Below, in pieces: positions 28,628-38,343 of a stretch of 64,000 bases of DNA. Both the position numbers and the translations under genes were made by a program. The notes below the pieces were generated by a model that was given only the letters and a program-made list of their open reading frames with translations, was not told where the DNA came from and did not search any database. Position 1 is the stretch's first letter. Each line of letters opens with the position of its first letter. The DNA is from an uncultured Actinomycetes bacterium (GTDB taxonomy: Bacteria; Actinomycetota; UBA4738; HRBIN12), in the NCBI GenBank assembly GCA_963704725.1, contig OY969934.1, positions 3,136,001-3,200,000 of the forward strand, in the 5' to 3' direction.

Positions 28628-29485
28628 ATGGGGAGGGCGCGAACGGTACGGCGTCTCCTGGGCATCGCCTCGGGCATCGGCCTGTTCGCGGCGGGGGTCG
28701 CCGCCGGGGGCCTCGGCCCCGCGTCGGCGGACCGCGCGACCGGCGGGGTCGCCGCCCTGCCGGGGTTCACCCGGGTGGTGAGCCTCAGCCACATCAACGA
28801 CCCGGCGAGGACCCCGCTGTTCCCGGGAGATCCACGATTCCACATCGAGACGGCCTTCACCGTCGCGGACGACGGGTTCTTCCTCGAGGTCGTCCACGAG
28901 GGCATGCACACCGGGACCCACTACAGCGCGCCGTGCCACTTCCACCCCAACCTGGCCTGCGCGCCCGAGCTCGACGTCTCCGACCTCGTCCTGCCCGCGG
29001 CGGTGATCGACGTCCGAGACGAGGTGGCCCTGGACCCGGACCACGTCGTGACCGTGGCCGACCTTCGGGCCTGGGAGGCCGACCACGGCGAGCTGCCGGC
29101 CGGCGGCGCGGTGTTGCTGCTGACGGGCTGCTCCCGGTTCTGGGCGGACGGCGACGTCGACGGGGAGCCGAACTACTACAACTGCGGAAGCGGGATGGCG
29201 GGGTTCCACCAGCCCGGGTTCTCGCGGAACGCGGTCAGGTGGCTGATCGAGACGGGTGTCCTGGGCCGAACCGGCGCGCTCGGAACCGACACGTTCGGGC
29301 CGGATCCCTCCGCCGACGCCTCGTTCACGCCGACCTCGCTCACGTTGCACGGACACCGGGTCACGATCGAGAACCTCACGCACCTGGCGGCCCTTCCGCC
29401 ACTCGGGGCGTGGATCGTGCTGGGGAGCCCCCGCAACGTCCACGGCTCGGGAGCCCCGGGAACGGTCTTCGCGTTCCTGCCGTAA
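28628..29485 (+). CDS. Secreted cyclase-family (kynurenine formamidase-like) metallohydrolase
   Basis: Signal peptide; HTGTHYSAPCHF; GTDT; IENL. Confidence 0.85.
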   Translation: MGRARTVRRLLGIASGIGLFAAGVAAGGLGPASADRATGGVAALPGFTRVVSLSHINDPARTPLFPGDPRFHIETAFTVADDGFFLEVVHEGMHTGTHYSAPCHFHPNLACAPELDVSDLVLPAAVIDVRDEVALDPDHVVTVADLRAWEADHGELPAGGAVLLLTGCSRFWADGDVDGEPNYYNCGSGMAGFHQPGFSRNAVRWLIETGVLGRTGALGTDTFGPDPSADASFTPTSLTLHGHRVTIENLTHLAALPPLGAWIVLGSPRNVHGSGAPGTVFAFLP

Positions 29486-29496
29486 GGCGGGCCGGC

Positions 29497-30786
29497 TCAG
29501 CCCTCGAAGCGCGGACGGAGGGCGAGCCCGCCGCGGCCACGGTCGTTGCGGACCGCGAGGATCTGGTGCACCTGGATGGAGGCGGCCTCGAAGTTCAGCG
29601 CCGAGGCCGCCATGTACAGGCGCCAGATGCGCGCCCGGCCCGGACCGACCTCGGCCACGGCCTCGTCCCAGTTGGCCTCGAGGTTGGCCACCCATGCCCG
29701 CAGCGTCAGCGCGTAGTGCTCGCGCAGGTTCTCCAGATGGCGAACCTCCAGGCCGCGCCCCTGCAGCACCGAGATGGCCGAGCCCACCTCCTGCAGCTCC
29801 CCGTCGGGGAACACGTAGCGGTCGACGAAGCTGTTCCGGCGGAGCCGCGGCGGCGTGACGGGGACGCCACGCCTGGTCCGACCGCCGCGGCGGGCGGGAC
29901 GGGCGATCCCGTGGTTCAGGAGCCGGCCCCCCGGCCGCAGGAGGCTCCCGAGCCGGCCGAAGTACGTCCCCAGGTTGGCCAGCCCGACGTGCTCGAACAT
30001 GCCGATCGAGCTGATCGCGTCGAACGGGCCGTCCCGGACGTCGCGGTAGTCCTGGAGCCGGATCTCGACGCGGTCGGCGAGCCCCGCCTCGGCGACCGCC
30101 TTCTCCGCCCACTCGGCCTGGCGGACCGAGAGCGTGACGCCGACCGCGCGGACGCCGTGCGCCCGGGCGGCGTGCATGGCCATCGAACCCCATCCGCAGC
30201 CGACATCGAGGAGCCGCATCCCCTCGGCGAGCCCGAGCTTGCGACAGATCAGCTCGTGTTTCGCCGCCTGAGCCTGCTCGAGCGTCACGTCCGGCCGCTC
30301 CCATACGGCGCACGAGTAGGTCATCGAGGGACCGAGGACGAGCTCGAAGAACCGGTTCGAGACGTCGTAGTGATGCGAGATCGCCGCCGCGTCTCGTTCG
30401 CGCGAGTGCCGGCGGCCCGACAGCCTCGCCTCCTCCGGCGGTGGCGGCAGGCGCCGCACCCCGCCGGTGCCGGCGAGCCGGGCCAGCGCGAGCAGGCCGC
30501 GGACGTCGATGCGGGCGGCGGGGAGCCGCTCGCGAAGCGCGGCCAGGGCCGCGAAGACGTCGCCCTCCACGTCGAGGTCGCCGGCCACGTAGGCCCGCCC
30601 GAGCCCCAGCTCTCCGGGCGCGGTCACGATCCGACGGATCGCCTCGGGCGAGCGGACGACGATAGTGGCCGGCGCCTCGGGCGGTCCGAGCCGCCCCCCG
30701 TCGTACAGCCGGATCGCGATCGGCGGCTCGCCGCCGATGATGCGCCGGACGGCGCCGGCGATCGAAGAGCGCGGACCCTCGGGCAT
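29497..30786 (-). CDS. cfa: Cyclopropane-fatty-acyl-phospholipid synthase family methyltransferase
   Basis: ISHHYDVSN, MTYSCA, LDVGCGWG, SIGMFEHVG, HYALTL. Confidence 0.9.
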   Translation of the reverse strand: MPEGPRSSIAGAVRRIIGGEPPIAIRLYDGGRLGPPEAPATIVVRSPEAIRRIVTAPGELGLGRAYVAGDLDVEGDVFAALAALRERLPAARIDVRGLLALARLAGTGGVRRLPPPPEEARLSGRRHSRERDAAAISHHYDVSNRFFELVLGPSMTYSCAVWERPDVTLEQAQAAKHELICRKLGLAEGMRLLDVGCGWGSMAMHAARAHGVRAVGVTLSVRQAEWAEKAVAEAGLADRVEIRLQDYRDVRDGPFDAISSIGMFEHVGLANLGTYFGRLGSLLRPGGRLLNHGIARPARRGGRTRRGVPVTPPRLRRNSFVDRYVFPDGELQEVGSAISVLQGRGLEVRHLENLREHYALTLRAWVANLEANWDEAVAEVGPGRARIWRLYMAASALNFEAASIQVHQILAVRNDRGRGGLALRPRFEG

Positions 30787-30853
30787 CGGTCTGCAGACAT
30801 CATCTGCCGCGCTGCCGGTTCGGGCAATCCACGGCCCTGGGGGGACGGCGGGA

Positions 30854-30961
30854 CACGCGCTCGAGAACCGGAACCGGCAGCAGCTCTACGACGTCGCGCG
30901 ACGCTTGGGGATCCCGGGCCGGTCGCGCATGGGCACGTCGGACCTGATCGACTCGATCCGC
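30854..30961 (+). pseudogene. Rho-N-like (helix-extension-helix) domain remnant
   Basis: LENRNRQQLYDVARRLGIPGRSRMGTSDLIDSIR with no nearby in-frame start; frame runs into the convergent Flp gene. Confidence 0.5.
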
Positions 30962-30977
30962 ACCGGCCCGGTGACGA

Positions 30978-31160
30978 CTACGGGAACTTGGTCGGGGCTT
31001 GCTGGAACAGCCCGAGCAGCGTTCCGCCGTAGAGGGTGACCGCGGCCACGATCACCACCGCCACCAGGGTCAGGATCAGGCCGTACTCGGTCGACACGGC
31101 ACCCAGCTCTCCCTGCACCGCAACGGAGAGCCTGCGAAGCCTGCGCGTGATCCCGTCCAT
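30978..31160 (-). CDS. Flp family type IVb pilin
   Basis: ELG/AVSTEYGLILTLVAVVIVAAV: prepilin cleavage Gly and E+5-Y motif; AGGAG RBS. Confidence 0.85.
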   Translation of the reverse strand: MDGITRRLRRLSVAVQGELGAVSTEYGLILTLVAVVIVAAVTLYGGTLLGLFQQAPTKFP

Positions 31161-31324
31161 GATGCTCCTACGGTAGGCCCTTGCGGCGTCGGTGGATATC
31201 GGCCGACCGGGGGCCCGACCAGCGCACGACTCCCCACCCCCCGCCCGGCGCCCGGCGGCGTCGCCGGGCGAGGCCGATGGTCGGCCCCGGATTGGCCGTT
31301 CGACCGAGTCGTAGGCTCGGGGCC

Positions 31325-32224
31325 GTGACGCACCGGGTGCTGCTCGACGTCTCGAGCCTCATGTACCGAGCCCACTTCGCGATGGGCGATGCCGTGCGCT
31401 CGCCGGCGGGGCGGCCCGTCGGTGCGCTCGGCGGGTACCTGGACATGGTCACGAGGCTGCTGGTGTCGAGGCGGCCCCAGGAGCTGGTCCACGCGTACGA
31501 CCACGAGTGGCGCCCCGTGGCCCGGACCGACCTGTACCCCGCCTACAAGTCCACCCGTCCCCCCGATCCGGAGGGCCTGCCCGAGCAGTTCACGATGCTG
31601 CGACAGGTGCTCGACCTGGCCGGGATGCCGCAGGCCCAGACCCGGGGCTGGGAGGCCGAGGACGCGATCGGGGCGCTCTGCCTGGCGTCCGCCGACGGCG
31701 ACCGGGTCGAGATCGTGAGCGGCGACCGCGACCTGATCCAGCTCGTCCGCGACCCGGTCGTGACGCTCCTGTTCACCCTGCGGGGCGTGACCGATCTGCT
31801 CGTGCTCGACGAGGCCACCGTGCTCGAACGCTACGGCGTGCCCGCGAGCCGGTACGCGGAGTTCGCGATCCTGCGGGGCGACCCCAGCGACGACCTCCCC
31901 GGCGTCCGCGGCGTGGGCGAGAAGACCGCGCGGGCGCTCGTGCAGACGTACGCCTCGCTCGACGAGCTCCTGGCCGACGCCGCCGCCCCGGAACCGAGAC
32001 CCGGCCCGCTGCGCGGCAAGCCGGCGCTCCGGGCGCGTCTGCGGGAGGCCGGCGACTACCTCGACACGATGCGGCGGCTCGTCCCGGTCAACGCCACCGC
32101 CCCGTTCGACCGGTGGGACGGCGAACGCGACGACGCGGGCCTCGAGGAGCTCGCGGCCGAGCTGGGCGTCCGCGGCCCGGTCATGCGGCTCCGGGCCGCG
32201 CTCGATTCGGTCGGCGGCGTCTGA
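31325..32224 (+). CDS. Stand-alone 5'-3' exonuclease / flap endonuclease
   Basis: LLDVSSLMYRAHF, YKSTR, EAEDAIG, SGDRDL, LRGDPSDDLPGVRGVGEKTA. Confidence 0.92.
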   Translation: MTHRVLLDVSSLMYRAHFAMGDAVRSPAGRPVGALGGYLDMVTRLLVSRRPQELVHAYDHEWRPVARTDLYPAYKSTRPPDPEGLPEQFTMLRQVLDLAGMPQAQTRGWEAEDAIGALCLASADGDRVEIVSGDRDLIQLVRDPVVTLLFTLRGVTDLLVLDEATVLERYGVPASRYAEFAILRGDPSDDLPGVRGVGEKTARALVQTYASLDELLADAAAPEPRPGPLRGKPALRARLREAGDYLDTMRRLVPVNATAPFDRWDGERDDAGLEELAAELGVRGPVMRLRAALDSVGGV

Positions 32225-32238
32225 CCTATCGTGTGCGG

Positions 32239-33591
32239 ATGGCTGCGCGGAAAGAGGTCCTGGAGGTCGCCGGTCGCGAGGTGACCGTCAGCAACCCGGA
32301 CAAGGTGTTCTTCCCGCGCACCGGACACACCAAGCTCGACCTCGTCCGCTACTACCTCGCGGTCGCCGACGGCGCGCTGCGCGGGGTGTCCGGCCGCCCC
32401 ATGGCGCTGAAGCGATTCGTGAACGGCGCCGAGGGAGACTTCTTCTTCCAGAAGCGCGCCCCGACCTCGCATCCGGACTGGGTGGAGACGGTCGAGCTGA
32501 AGTTCCCCTCGGGGCGGACGGCGCACGAGATCGTGGTCCGCGACGCCGCGCAGCTCGTGTGGATCCTCAACCTCGGCTGCATCGACCTGAACCCCCATCC
32601 CCTCCGGGCCGAGGACCTCGACCACCCCGACGAGCTCCGCGTCGACCTCGACCCCGTGCCGGGCGTCGAGTGGCCGCAGATCCGCGACGTCGCGCTCGCC
32701 ACCCGTGAGGCGCTGGAAGACCTCGGGCTGGTGGGCTGGCCGAAGACCTCGGGCTCGCGCGGCATCCACGTGTACGCGCGGATCGAGTCGCGGTGGACGT
32801 TCCCGGAGGTGCGCCGCGCCGCGCTCACGCTGGCGCGCGAGGTGGAGCGGCGCGTTCCGGACCTCGCCACGAGCCGGTGGTGGAAGGAGGAGCGCCACGG
32901 CGTGTTCCTCGACTACAACCAGAACGCGAAGGACCGAACCGTCGCCTCCGCGTACTCGGTGCGTCCGACGCCGGACGCGCGCGTCTCGGCGCCGCTCACG
33001 TGGGACGAGGTGCCGGACTGCGAACCGGACGCCTTCACGCTCGACACGGTGCCGGAGCGCTTCGCGCGCATCGGCGATCCGAGCGAGGGCATCGACGAGG
33101 CGGCAGGGTCGCTCGAGCCGCTCCTCGAGCTGTCCGCGCAGCACGAGGAGGCCGGCTTCGGCGACGCGCCGTGGCCACCTCAATACGCGAAGCAACCCGG
33201 CGAGCCGACCCGCGTCCAGCCCTCGAAGCGCCGGACGGGCGAGGCGCCCAAGACGGGGATCGTCCCGCCGCCGGCGCCGGGCAAGCGCGCCGGCCCCACC
33301 GGGCGCCGCCGCTCGACGATGCCGCTGATCGAGATCGCCCGCGCCGCCACGACCGAGGAGGCCATGGCCGGGCTCGACCGGTGGAAGGCCCGTCACCCGA
33401 AGGTCTGGCCTCACCTCGAGCCTCCCGACGTGCTCGTCGACGCCATGCGCGGGCGGTTCACGACGTGGACGCGGATCCGCCTCAACCTCGTCCACGTGCC
33501 GGAGGCGGAGCGCCCCGCGCAGGAGCCGCTCGAGGTCGACTTCGATCCGTGGGCGGGGTTCGAGGGCCCCTGGTCGCCTACCGAACCGTGA
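32239..33591 (+). CDS. LigD-type primase-polymerase (stand-alone PolD/Prim-Pol) with C-terminal extension
   Basis: SNPDKV, FFQKR, DELRVDLDP, KTSGSRGIH, DYNQN; no ligase domain. Confidence 0.9.
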   Translation: MAARKEVLEVAGREVTVSNPDKVFFPRTGHTKLDLVRYYLAVADGALRGVSGRPMALKRFVNGAEGDFFFQKRAPTSHPDWVETVELKFPSGRTAHEIVVRDAAQLVWILNLGCIDLNPHPLRAEDLDHPDELRVDLDPVPGVEWPQIRDVALATREALEDLGLVGWPKTSGSRGIHVYARIESRWTFPEVRRAALTLAREVERRVPDLATSRWWKEERHGVFLDYNQNAKDRTVASAYSVRPTPDARVSAPLTWDEVPDCEPDAFTLDTVPERFARIGDPSEGIDEAAGSLEPLLELSAQHEEAGFGDAPWPPQYAKQPGEPTRVQPSKRRTGEAPKTGIVPPPAPGKRAGPTGRRRSTMPLIEIARAATTEEAMAGLDRWKARHPKVWPHLEPPDVLVDAMRGRFTTWTRIRLNLVHVPEAERPAQEPLEVDFDPWAGFEGPWSPTEP

Positions 33592-35077
33592 ACACGACCG
33601 CGCCGATCTTGACGTAGCTGTCGTCCCGGAGCAGGTACACGGCGTACCGCCCCGGTCGGAGCGGCCACGAGCCGCTCGCGTCCCGGTCCAGGACGAGCGA
33701 GCCGCTCACCGTCGCGCCCGTGTACGCCCACAGCAGGTAGGAGGCGACGTTCGGGTCGGCTCCACGGCGATACACGCCGATCCAGTCGAACCGGTTCCCC
33801 GGCGCGTCGGACCAACCGACGCGGATCGGCGCTCCCGGCGGGTAGACGCGGCGATCGGTCCCGAGCACCGGCCGACTGCCGGGGCCCTCGAGCCAGAACG
33901 CGCTCCGCGACAGCTCCTCGCCCGAGGAGGCGAGGAGGACGACCTCGTACGGGCCCGGGTCCCAGCCGGTCGTCGACGGCGTCGCCTCGCTGCCCGGACC
34001 GGCCGGGATGCGGACCAGCGCCGACGTCCGGGCCGAGCCGCCCAGGCCGGGGACGACCGCGAGCGAGGCGTCCGCAGGTGCATGGAAGCGGATGGGGAGC
34101 TCGTCCCCAACGGCCACCAGGCGGCGGTCGACCGACACGATCGTCGGCTCGGGCGCCGGGCGGATCTGGAACGTGGAGACCGTGGCGCGGTGATCGGTGG
34201 GCCACGGCTCGACCGGCACGTCCACGCCGGCTCCGCCGGTCTCCCCCACGATGACGCTGTCGGTCACCTCTGCCGGCCCTCCGGCGTAGACGAAGTCGAT
34301 CCGGTCGGCCGGCGCCCCGCGCGAGGCGGGGTTGTACCCCGGGACGAACGGTCGGTCCGCCGGCCACGTCACGCCGGGATCGGTCACCGGATCGGGGTGC
34401 GCCGCCCGGAACGAGTCCACGAGCCCGGCCCCCTCGACGGCCATGCTCACCGGCCACGACACCGGGAAGCGAACCTGGTCGCGCGCGCCGACGGTCTCCG
34501 AGGTCCAGTCCAGATGCGATGGCGCGTTGAAGTCGCCGGTCAGGAACACCGGTACACCCTGCGCCGCAAGCCGTTCGAGCGCACCGAGCACCGGCTCGAT
34601 CACCGGCAGGCGTTTGCGCCGCTCGATCGCCACGACCTCCGCGGCGCTCGCGCCGTCGCGAACCTGGAACGGGCCGTAGCTCGTCGACGGGAGGTGGACG
34701 TTGGCGATCGCGACGACCCGGCCGGGTGCGACCTCGACGTACACGAACGGCGGGTCGTGCGGCGGCGTGAGCAGGGGATAGCGAGACAGGATCTGCGTGC
34801 GCGGGTCGTAGTACGGCCACCCCACCGCGCGCGCGATCCGCGGCATGTTGCCGTACCCCTCCTCGATCGCGACGAGGTCGGCCCCGCCCGCCTCGATCGC
34901 CTTCGGCACGCCGGAGAAGTCGACCTCCTCGCCGCCGTACTCGACGTTGAACTCCATCACCGCGAGCGTGACGGGGCGCGGCGTCGCCGACGGGGCGGGG
35001 TTCGGCCCGCGATCCGGCGTGCAGGCGAACAGGAGCAGCAACGCCGCGACGGCGCACGCCCGCGCGCCGAACCTCAC
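33578..35077 (-). CDS. Endonuclease/exonuclease/phosphatase family lipoprotein
   Basis: Lipobox LLFAC; EFNVEYG, GDFNAPSHLDW, RIDFVY, WPTDHR; GTGA coupling to the Rieske gene. Confidence 0.85.
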   Translation of the reverse strand: MRFGARACAVAALLLLFACTPDRGPNPAPSATPRPVTLAVMEFNVEYGGEEVDFSGVPKAIEAGGADLVAIEEGYGNMPRIARAVGWPYYDPRTQILSRYPLLTPPHDPPFVYVEVAPGRVVAIANVHLPSTSYGPFQVRDGASAAEVVAIERRKRLPVIEPVLGALERLAAQGVPVFLTGDFNAPSHLDWTSETVGARDQVRFPVSWPVSMAVEGAGLVDSFRAAHPDPVTDPGVTWPADRPFVPGYNPASRGAPADRIDFVYAGGPAEVTDSVIVGETGGAGVDVPVEPWPTDHRATVSTFQIRPAPEPTIVSVDRRLVAVGDELPIRFHAPADASLAVVPGLGGSARTSALVRIPAGPGSEATPSTTGWDPGPYEVVLLASSGEELSRSAFWLEGPGSRPVLGTDRRVYPPGAPIRVGWSDAPGNRFDWIGVYRRGADPNVASYLLWAYTGATVSGSLVLDRDASGSWPLRPGRYAVYLLRDDSYVKIGAVVFTVR

Positions 35078-36231
35078 CCGAGGAGCTCGCGTCCCATCGC
35101 CAGCCGGTACTCCTCGTTGAACCAGTAGAGGAACCGGTCCTGCCGCGGGTAGACGCCGGTCGAGAAGGCGCGGGAGCCGACGCCCGTCTGCGCCCGCGCG
35201 CACACCGCCCAGTCCTGTTCGGAGATGAGGTCCCACAGCTCGACGACCGGCTCGGGCTTGAAGACCTCCGGGTCCGCGATCACCTCGGGGCGGAACAGGT
35301 ACTCGGACACGACCTGCGTGTGGCCGGGGCCCTTCGGGAACGCCAGGTAGTACATGACGCAGTCCGGGTGGCAGTTCAGCATGAGGTTGGGGAACTCGTA
35401 CGAGCCGTAGTACATCGAGAGATCCTCGGGCCCGATGCCGGGCAGCTTCGGCAGCTCGGATCGTCCGGTCATCGTGAAGCTCGTGGCCCCCTCCACCATG
35501 CGGTTGCCGTCGTCGCGCAGCTCCTCGTCCCACACCTCGCCGAAGCGGAACAGCGGCACGACCTGGACGAGCTCGGGGTGGATCGTCGGGCAGTGCAGGC
35601 ACTCGTTGTAGTTCTCGACGACGATCTTCCAGTTGGCCTCGACCTCGTACACGATCCGCACGCCGATGCGGAGCTCCTGCATCCCGAAGCGCTCGAACGA
35701 CGTGATCGACTCGGCCCCGTCGGTCAGGGCCTCCATCAGCGGGCGGGGCTGCGGCGAGAGGTTCGCGAACACGAAGCCCGCGTACTCGCCGACGGCGAAC
35801 CCGTGCAGCGGGTAGCTGCCGCGGTCGAAGAACTCGTCCTCCTTGACGTTCGGCGTGCCGATGAGCCGGCCGTTCAGGTCGTACGTCCACGCGTGGTACG
35901 GGCACCGGAACGCCTTGCGAGCGTTGCCGCAGGCGCCGTCGTCGAGGAACTTCGTCCCCCGGTGCGAGCAGACGTTGTAGAAGCCGTGGAGCTCGCCCTG
36001 CGCGTTGCGGACGAGGAACACGGACTCGCCGGCCAGGTCCTTCACCGCGAAGTCGCCCGGGTTCGCCACCTCCTCGGACCGGCCGATCGCCACCCAGTCG
36101 CCCCACCAGATGCGCTCGCGCTCGGCGTCGTACGTCTCCCACGATGTGTACTCGTGCCCGCCGAGGGTGGGCCGGGGGCGCCAGTCGCGCTCGTCGTACC
36201 GGAGGTGGGGGCGTTCGCGCTCGGTCTGCAT
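35074..36231 (-). CDS. Rieske ring-hydroxylating oxygenase alpha subunit (glycine betaine/choline oxygenase-like)
   Basis: CSHRG...CPYHAW Rieske site; NWKIVVENYNECLHCPTIH Fe site. Confidence 0.9.
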   Translation of the reverse strand: MQTERERPHLRYDERDWRPRPTLGGHEYTSWETYDAERERIWWGDWVAIGRSEEVANPGDFAVKDLAGESVFLVRNAQGELHGFYNVCSHRGTKFLDDGACGNARKAFRCPYHAWTYDLNGRLIGTPNVKEDEFFDRGSYPLHGFAVGEYAGFVFANLSPQPRPLMEALTDGAESITSFERFGMQELRIGVRIVYEVEANWKIVVENYNECLHCPTIHPELVQVVPLFRFGEVWDEELRDDGNRMVEGATSFTMTGRSELPKLPGIGPEDLSMYYGSYEFPNLMLNCHPDCVMYYLAFPKGPGHTQVVSEYLFRPEVIADPEVFKPEPVVELWDLISEQDWAVCARAQTGVGSRAFSTGVYPRQDRFLYWFNEEYRLAMGRELLG

Positions 36232-36311
36232 CGGCGGCTCCTTGAACGGCCGTTCAATAGGAGCCACAGGATACGCCGCACGGGGGCATCGAGGGAAGTC
36301 GGGCGGGTCCG

Positions 36312-37739
36312 TCAGAAGTTCAGGAGCCGGCTCCGCTGGATCGTCTGGATCGCGATCTGGTGGAACACGTCTTCGAGGTCCTCGCCCCTGCCCTCGCAGA
36401 AGTAGTAGTCGAGGTCGGTGTTCTCGGTCGCCACGCACCCACCACTCGTCGAGCTGTCGGTGAATCCCTGGTCGGGGGCGGTACCGGAGACCGAGGCGAG
36501 GAAGTACGTGCCGTACCGGTTGTGGAAGGGGCCGTTGCTGTCGCTCACGCACCTCGTACCGTCCACACCGTAGCCGAGCGAGTAGATCTCGGTCCCGGCC
36601 AGCTTGGCGGTCGAGGCGACGTCGTTCGCGTACTGGCAGGGGTGCAGGGTGCTCGTGGGCTGGTTGGCCTGCCCGTCGGCGAAGAAGATGATCACGTTCT
36701 CGGCATCGGGTCGTCCCCCGGTGGTCAGCAGGTACTGGGCGGCGGCGAGCGGATCGCCGTGGTTCGTGTGATTGCCGCTGCCGCCGGAGGGCGGATACGA
36801 CTTCACGGTCCCATCGGCGTGCTGCAGGCACTGGATCCGCTGAACGAGCGTGCTGGTCGTGTTGATCGGGGCGGTGGCGCTGAGCCGGTAGTCGTTCGAC
36901 AAGGGGACGATCTGCCACTTGGCCTGATTGGCCAGCGTGCCGCCAGGCATCGGCGGGACCGGCGCCGGATAGTACTGATGTGTGTCCACGGCGCAGGGAT
37001 TGGAGTTCCGGTACGGGAGGGCGACGAGCCCGATGGACACGGTGGCGGGGTCGTAGAACTCCAGGACCGAGTCCGTCGCGGCGCTGGTGTCGACGATCGC
37101 GTCCCTGACGTTGTCGATGTCGGTGTTCGACATGCTGCCCGTCCGGTCGATCACAAAGACGATGTCGAGCATCGAACCGGCCTGCCCGCAGTACCCACGG
37201 CAGGCGGCGGCCTGGATCGCGCCGGTGTTGCCCGAGTTGATGCCCAGGATCGGCGCGAACCAGTACTCGACCGTGCTGGACGCGGACAGGATTATCGTGT
37301 TGCACAGGTCGCCGACCTCCGGGTGGCACTCGTGCAGGGCCTTGCCTGCCCGCACGGTCCAGCCGCCCCTCCACGTCCCGGCCGCCGGGCCGCAGGCGAA
37401 GTTCAGCCCGAAGTCGTCGCTCACCGGGGTCGAGACCACGCAGCCGTAGCTGATCGTCAGCCCGCCCGCCCCCAGCTCGGGAGAGTTCTGCACGGCGACG
37501 GCTCGCGCGGCGTCCGACGTGGTGAGCCTCTCGGCGGCGGTGTCGATGGGCAGGAAGGCGGCTCCGGCGAGGGAGCCGAGGTCCACGGCCGCCTGCACCA
37601 TGTGCCGCTCGTGCCGCAGCCGGGCAAGGTCGAACACGAACGCGGCAGAGCCCATCATGACGATCATCAGGAGCGCCACCATGACGGCGACGACGCCCCG
37701 TTCGTCGTCGAATCGGCCGCGAGCGCGACGCGCGCTCAT
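36312..37739 (-). CDS. TadG-like pilus protein with vWA domain
   Basis: DERGVVAV pseudopilin N-terminus, QAAVDLGSLAG, MIDAS DRTGSM, FFADG. Confidence 0.85.
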   Translation of the reverse strand: MSARRARGRFDDERGVVAVMVALLMIVMMGSAAFVFDLARLRHERHMVQAAVDLGSLAGAAFLPIDTAAERLTTSDAARAVAVQNSPELGAGGLTISYGCVVSTPVSDDFGLNFACGPAAGTWRGGWTVRAGKALHECHPEVGDLCNTIILSASSTVEYWFAPILGINSGNTGAIQAAACRGYCGQAGSMLDIVFVIDRTGSMSNTDIDNVRDAIVDTSAATDSVLEFYDPATVSIGLVALPYRNSNPCAVDTHQYYPAPVPPMPGGTLANQAKWQIVPLSNDYRLSATAPINTTSTLVQRIQCLQHADGTVKSYPPSGGSGNHTNHGDPLAAAQYLLTTGGRPDAENVIIFFADGQANQPTSTLHPCQYANDVASTAKLAGTEIYSLGYGVDGTRCVSDSNGPFHNRYGTYFLASVSGTAPDQGFTDSSTSGGCVATENTDLDYYFCEGRGEDLEDVFHQIAIQTIQRSRLLNF

Positions 37740-38197
37740 ACTCCCTCGAACCTCGCTTCGGAGATCGACCGCATGTCCATCTGCGAGCCGAACCCGACGA
37801 GGTTCGGCAGCGGCGTGATGAAGTCGTAGCTGTATTGGACGGTGACCCGGACGATGTCCCCCTCGAGCCAGTCCGCCGAGTTCGTCGAACACGTGGCGAA
37901 GGTCACCGACGGCGGCCGGCGGCACTGGACCGTGACGTCGAGATCCGCCTGGTTGAGGAAGTCCGTCGTCCCGCGCACGCGGTCGGTGATGTCCACCGGG
38001 CTGGCGTCCACGGCGCCGAGACGCGCGCCCTCACGGGCGGCGTTCTGCGTTGCGTCCCAGGCGTGGAAGGCGAATCCGAACTCGATGATCCCGAGGACGA
38101 GCAGGATGAGCATGGGGGCGATAAGGGCGAACTCGACGGCGATCGCACCGCGCTCGCCGCGCTTTCGCGCGTGCCGGAAGCGACCCCTTCGTTGCAT
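37736..38197 (-). CDS. TadE family pseudopilin
   Basis: ERGAIAVEFALIAP...GIIEFG...AAREGARLG; GAGGAG RBS. Confidence 0.9.
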   Translation of the reverse strand: MQRRGRFRHARKRGERGAIAVEFALIAPMLILLVLGIIEFGFAFHAWDATQNAAREGARLGAVDASPVDITDRVRGTTDFLNQADLDVTVQCRRPPSVTFATCSTNSADWLEGDIVRVTVQYSYDFITPLPNLVGFGSQMDMRSISEARFEGV

Positions 38198-38325
38198 CGT
38201 CTCCTCGCTTGCGTCGCTGCTGTCCACGGCGCTCTCCCTCCGGCAGCAGGCTACGAAGAAGTGACCGCCGGGGCCATAGCCCGTCCGGCGATTTCGAGCG
38301 GAGGGCTGGTCTAATCCGAAGGGCG

Positions 38326-38343
38326 TACGTAATCGAGTACGTA
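38326..38343. promoter_or_regulatory. Palindromic putative operator between tadE and the AKR gene
   Basis: TACGTA-ATCGAG-TACGTA, near-perfect AT-rich 18-bp dyad. Confidence 0.45.
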
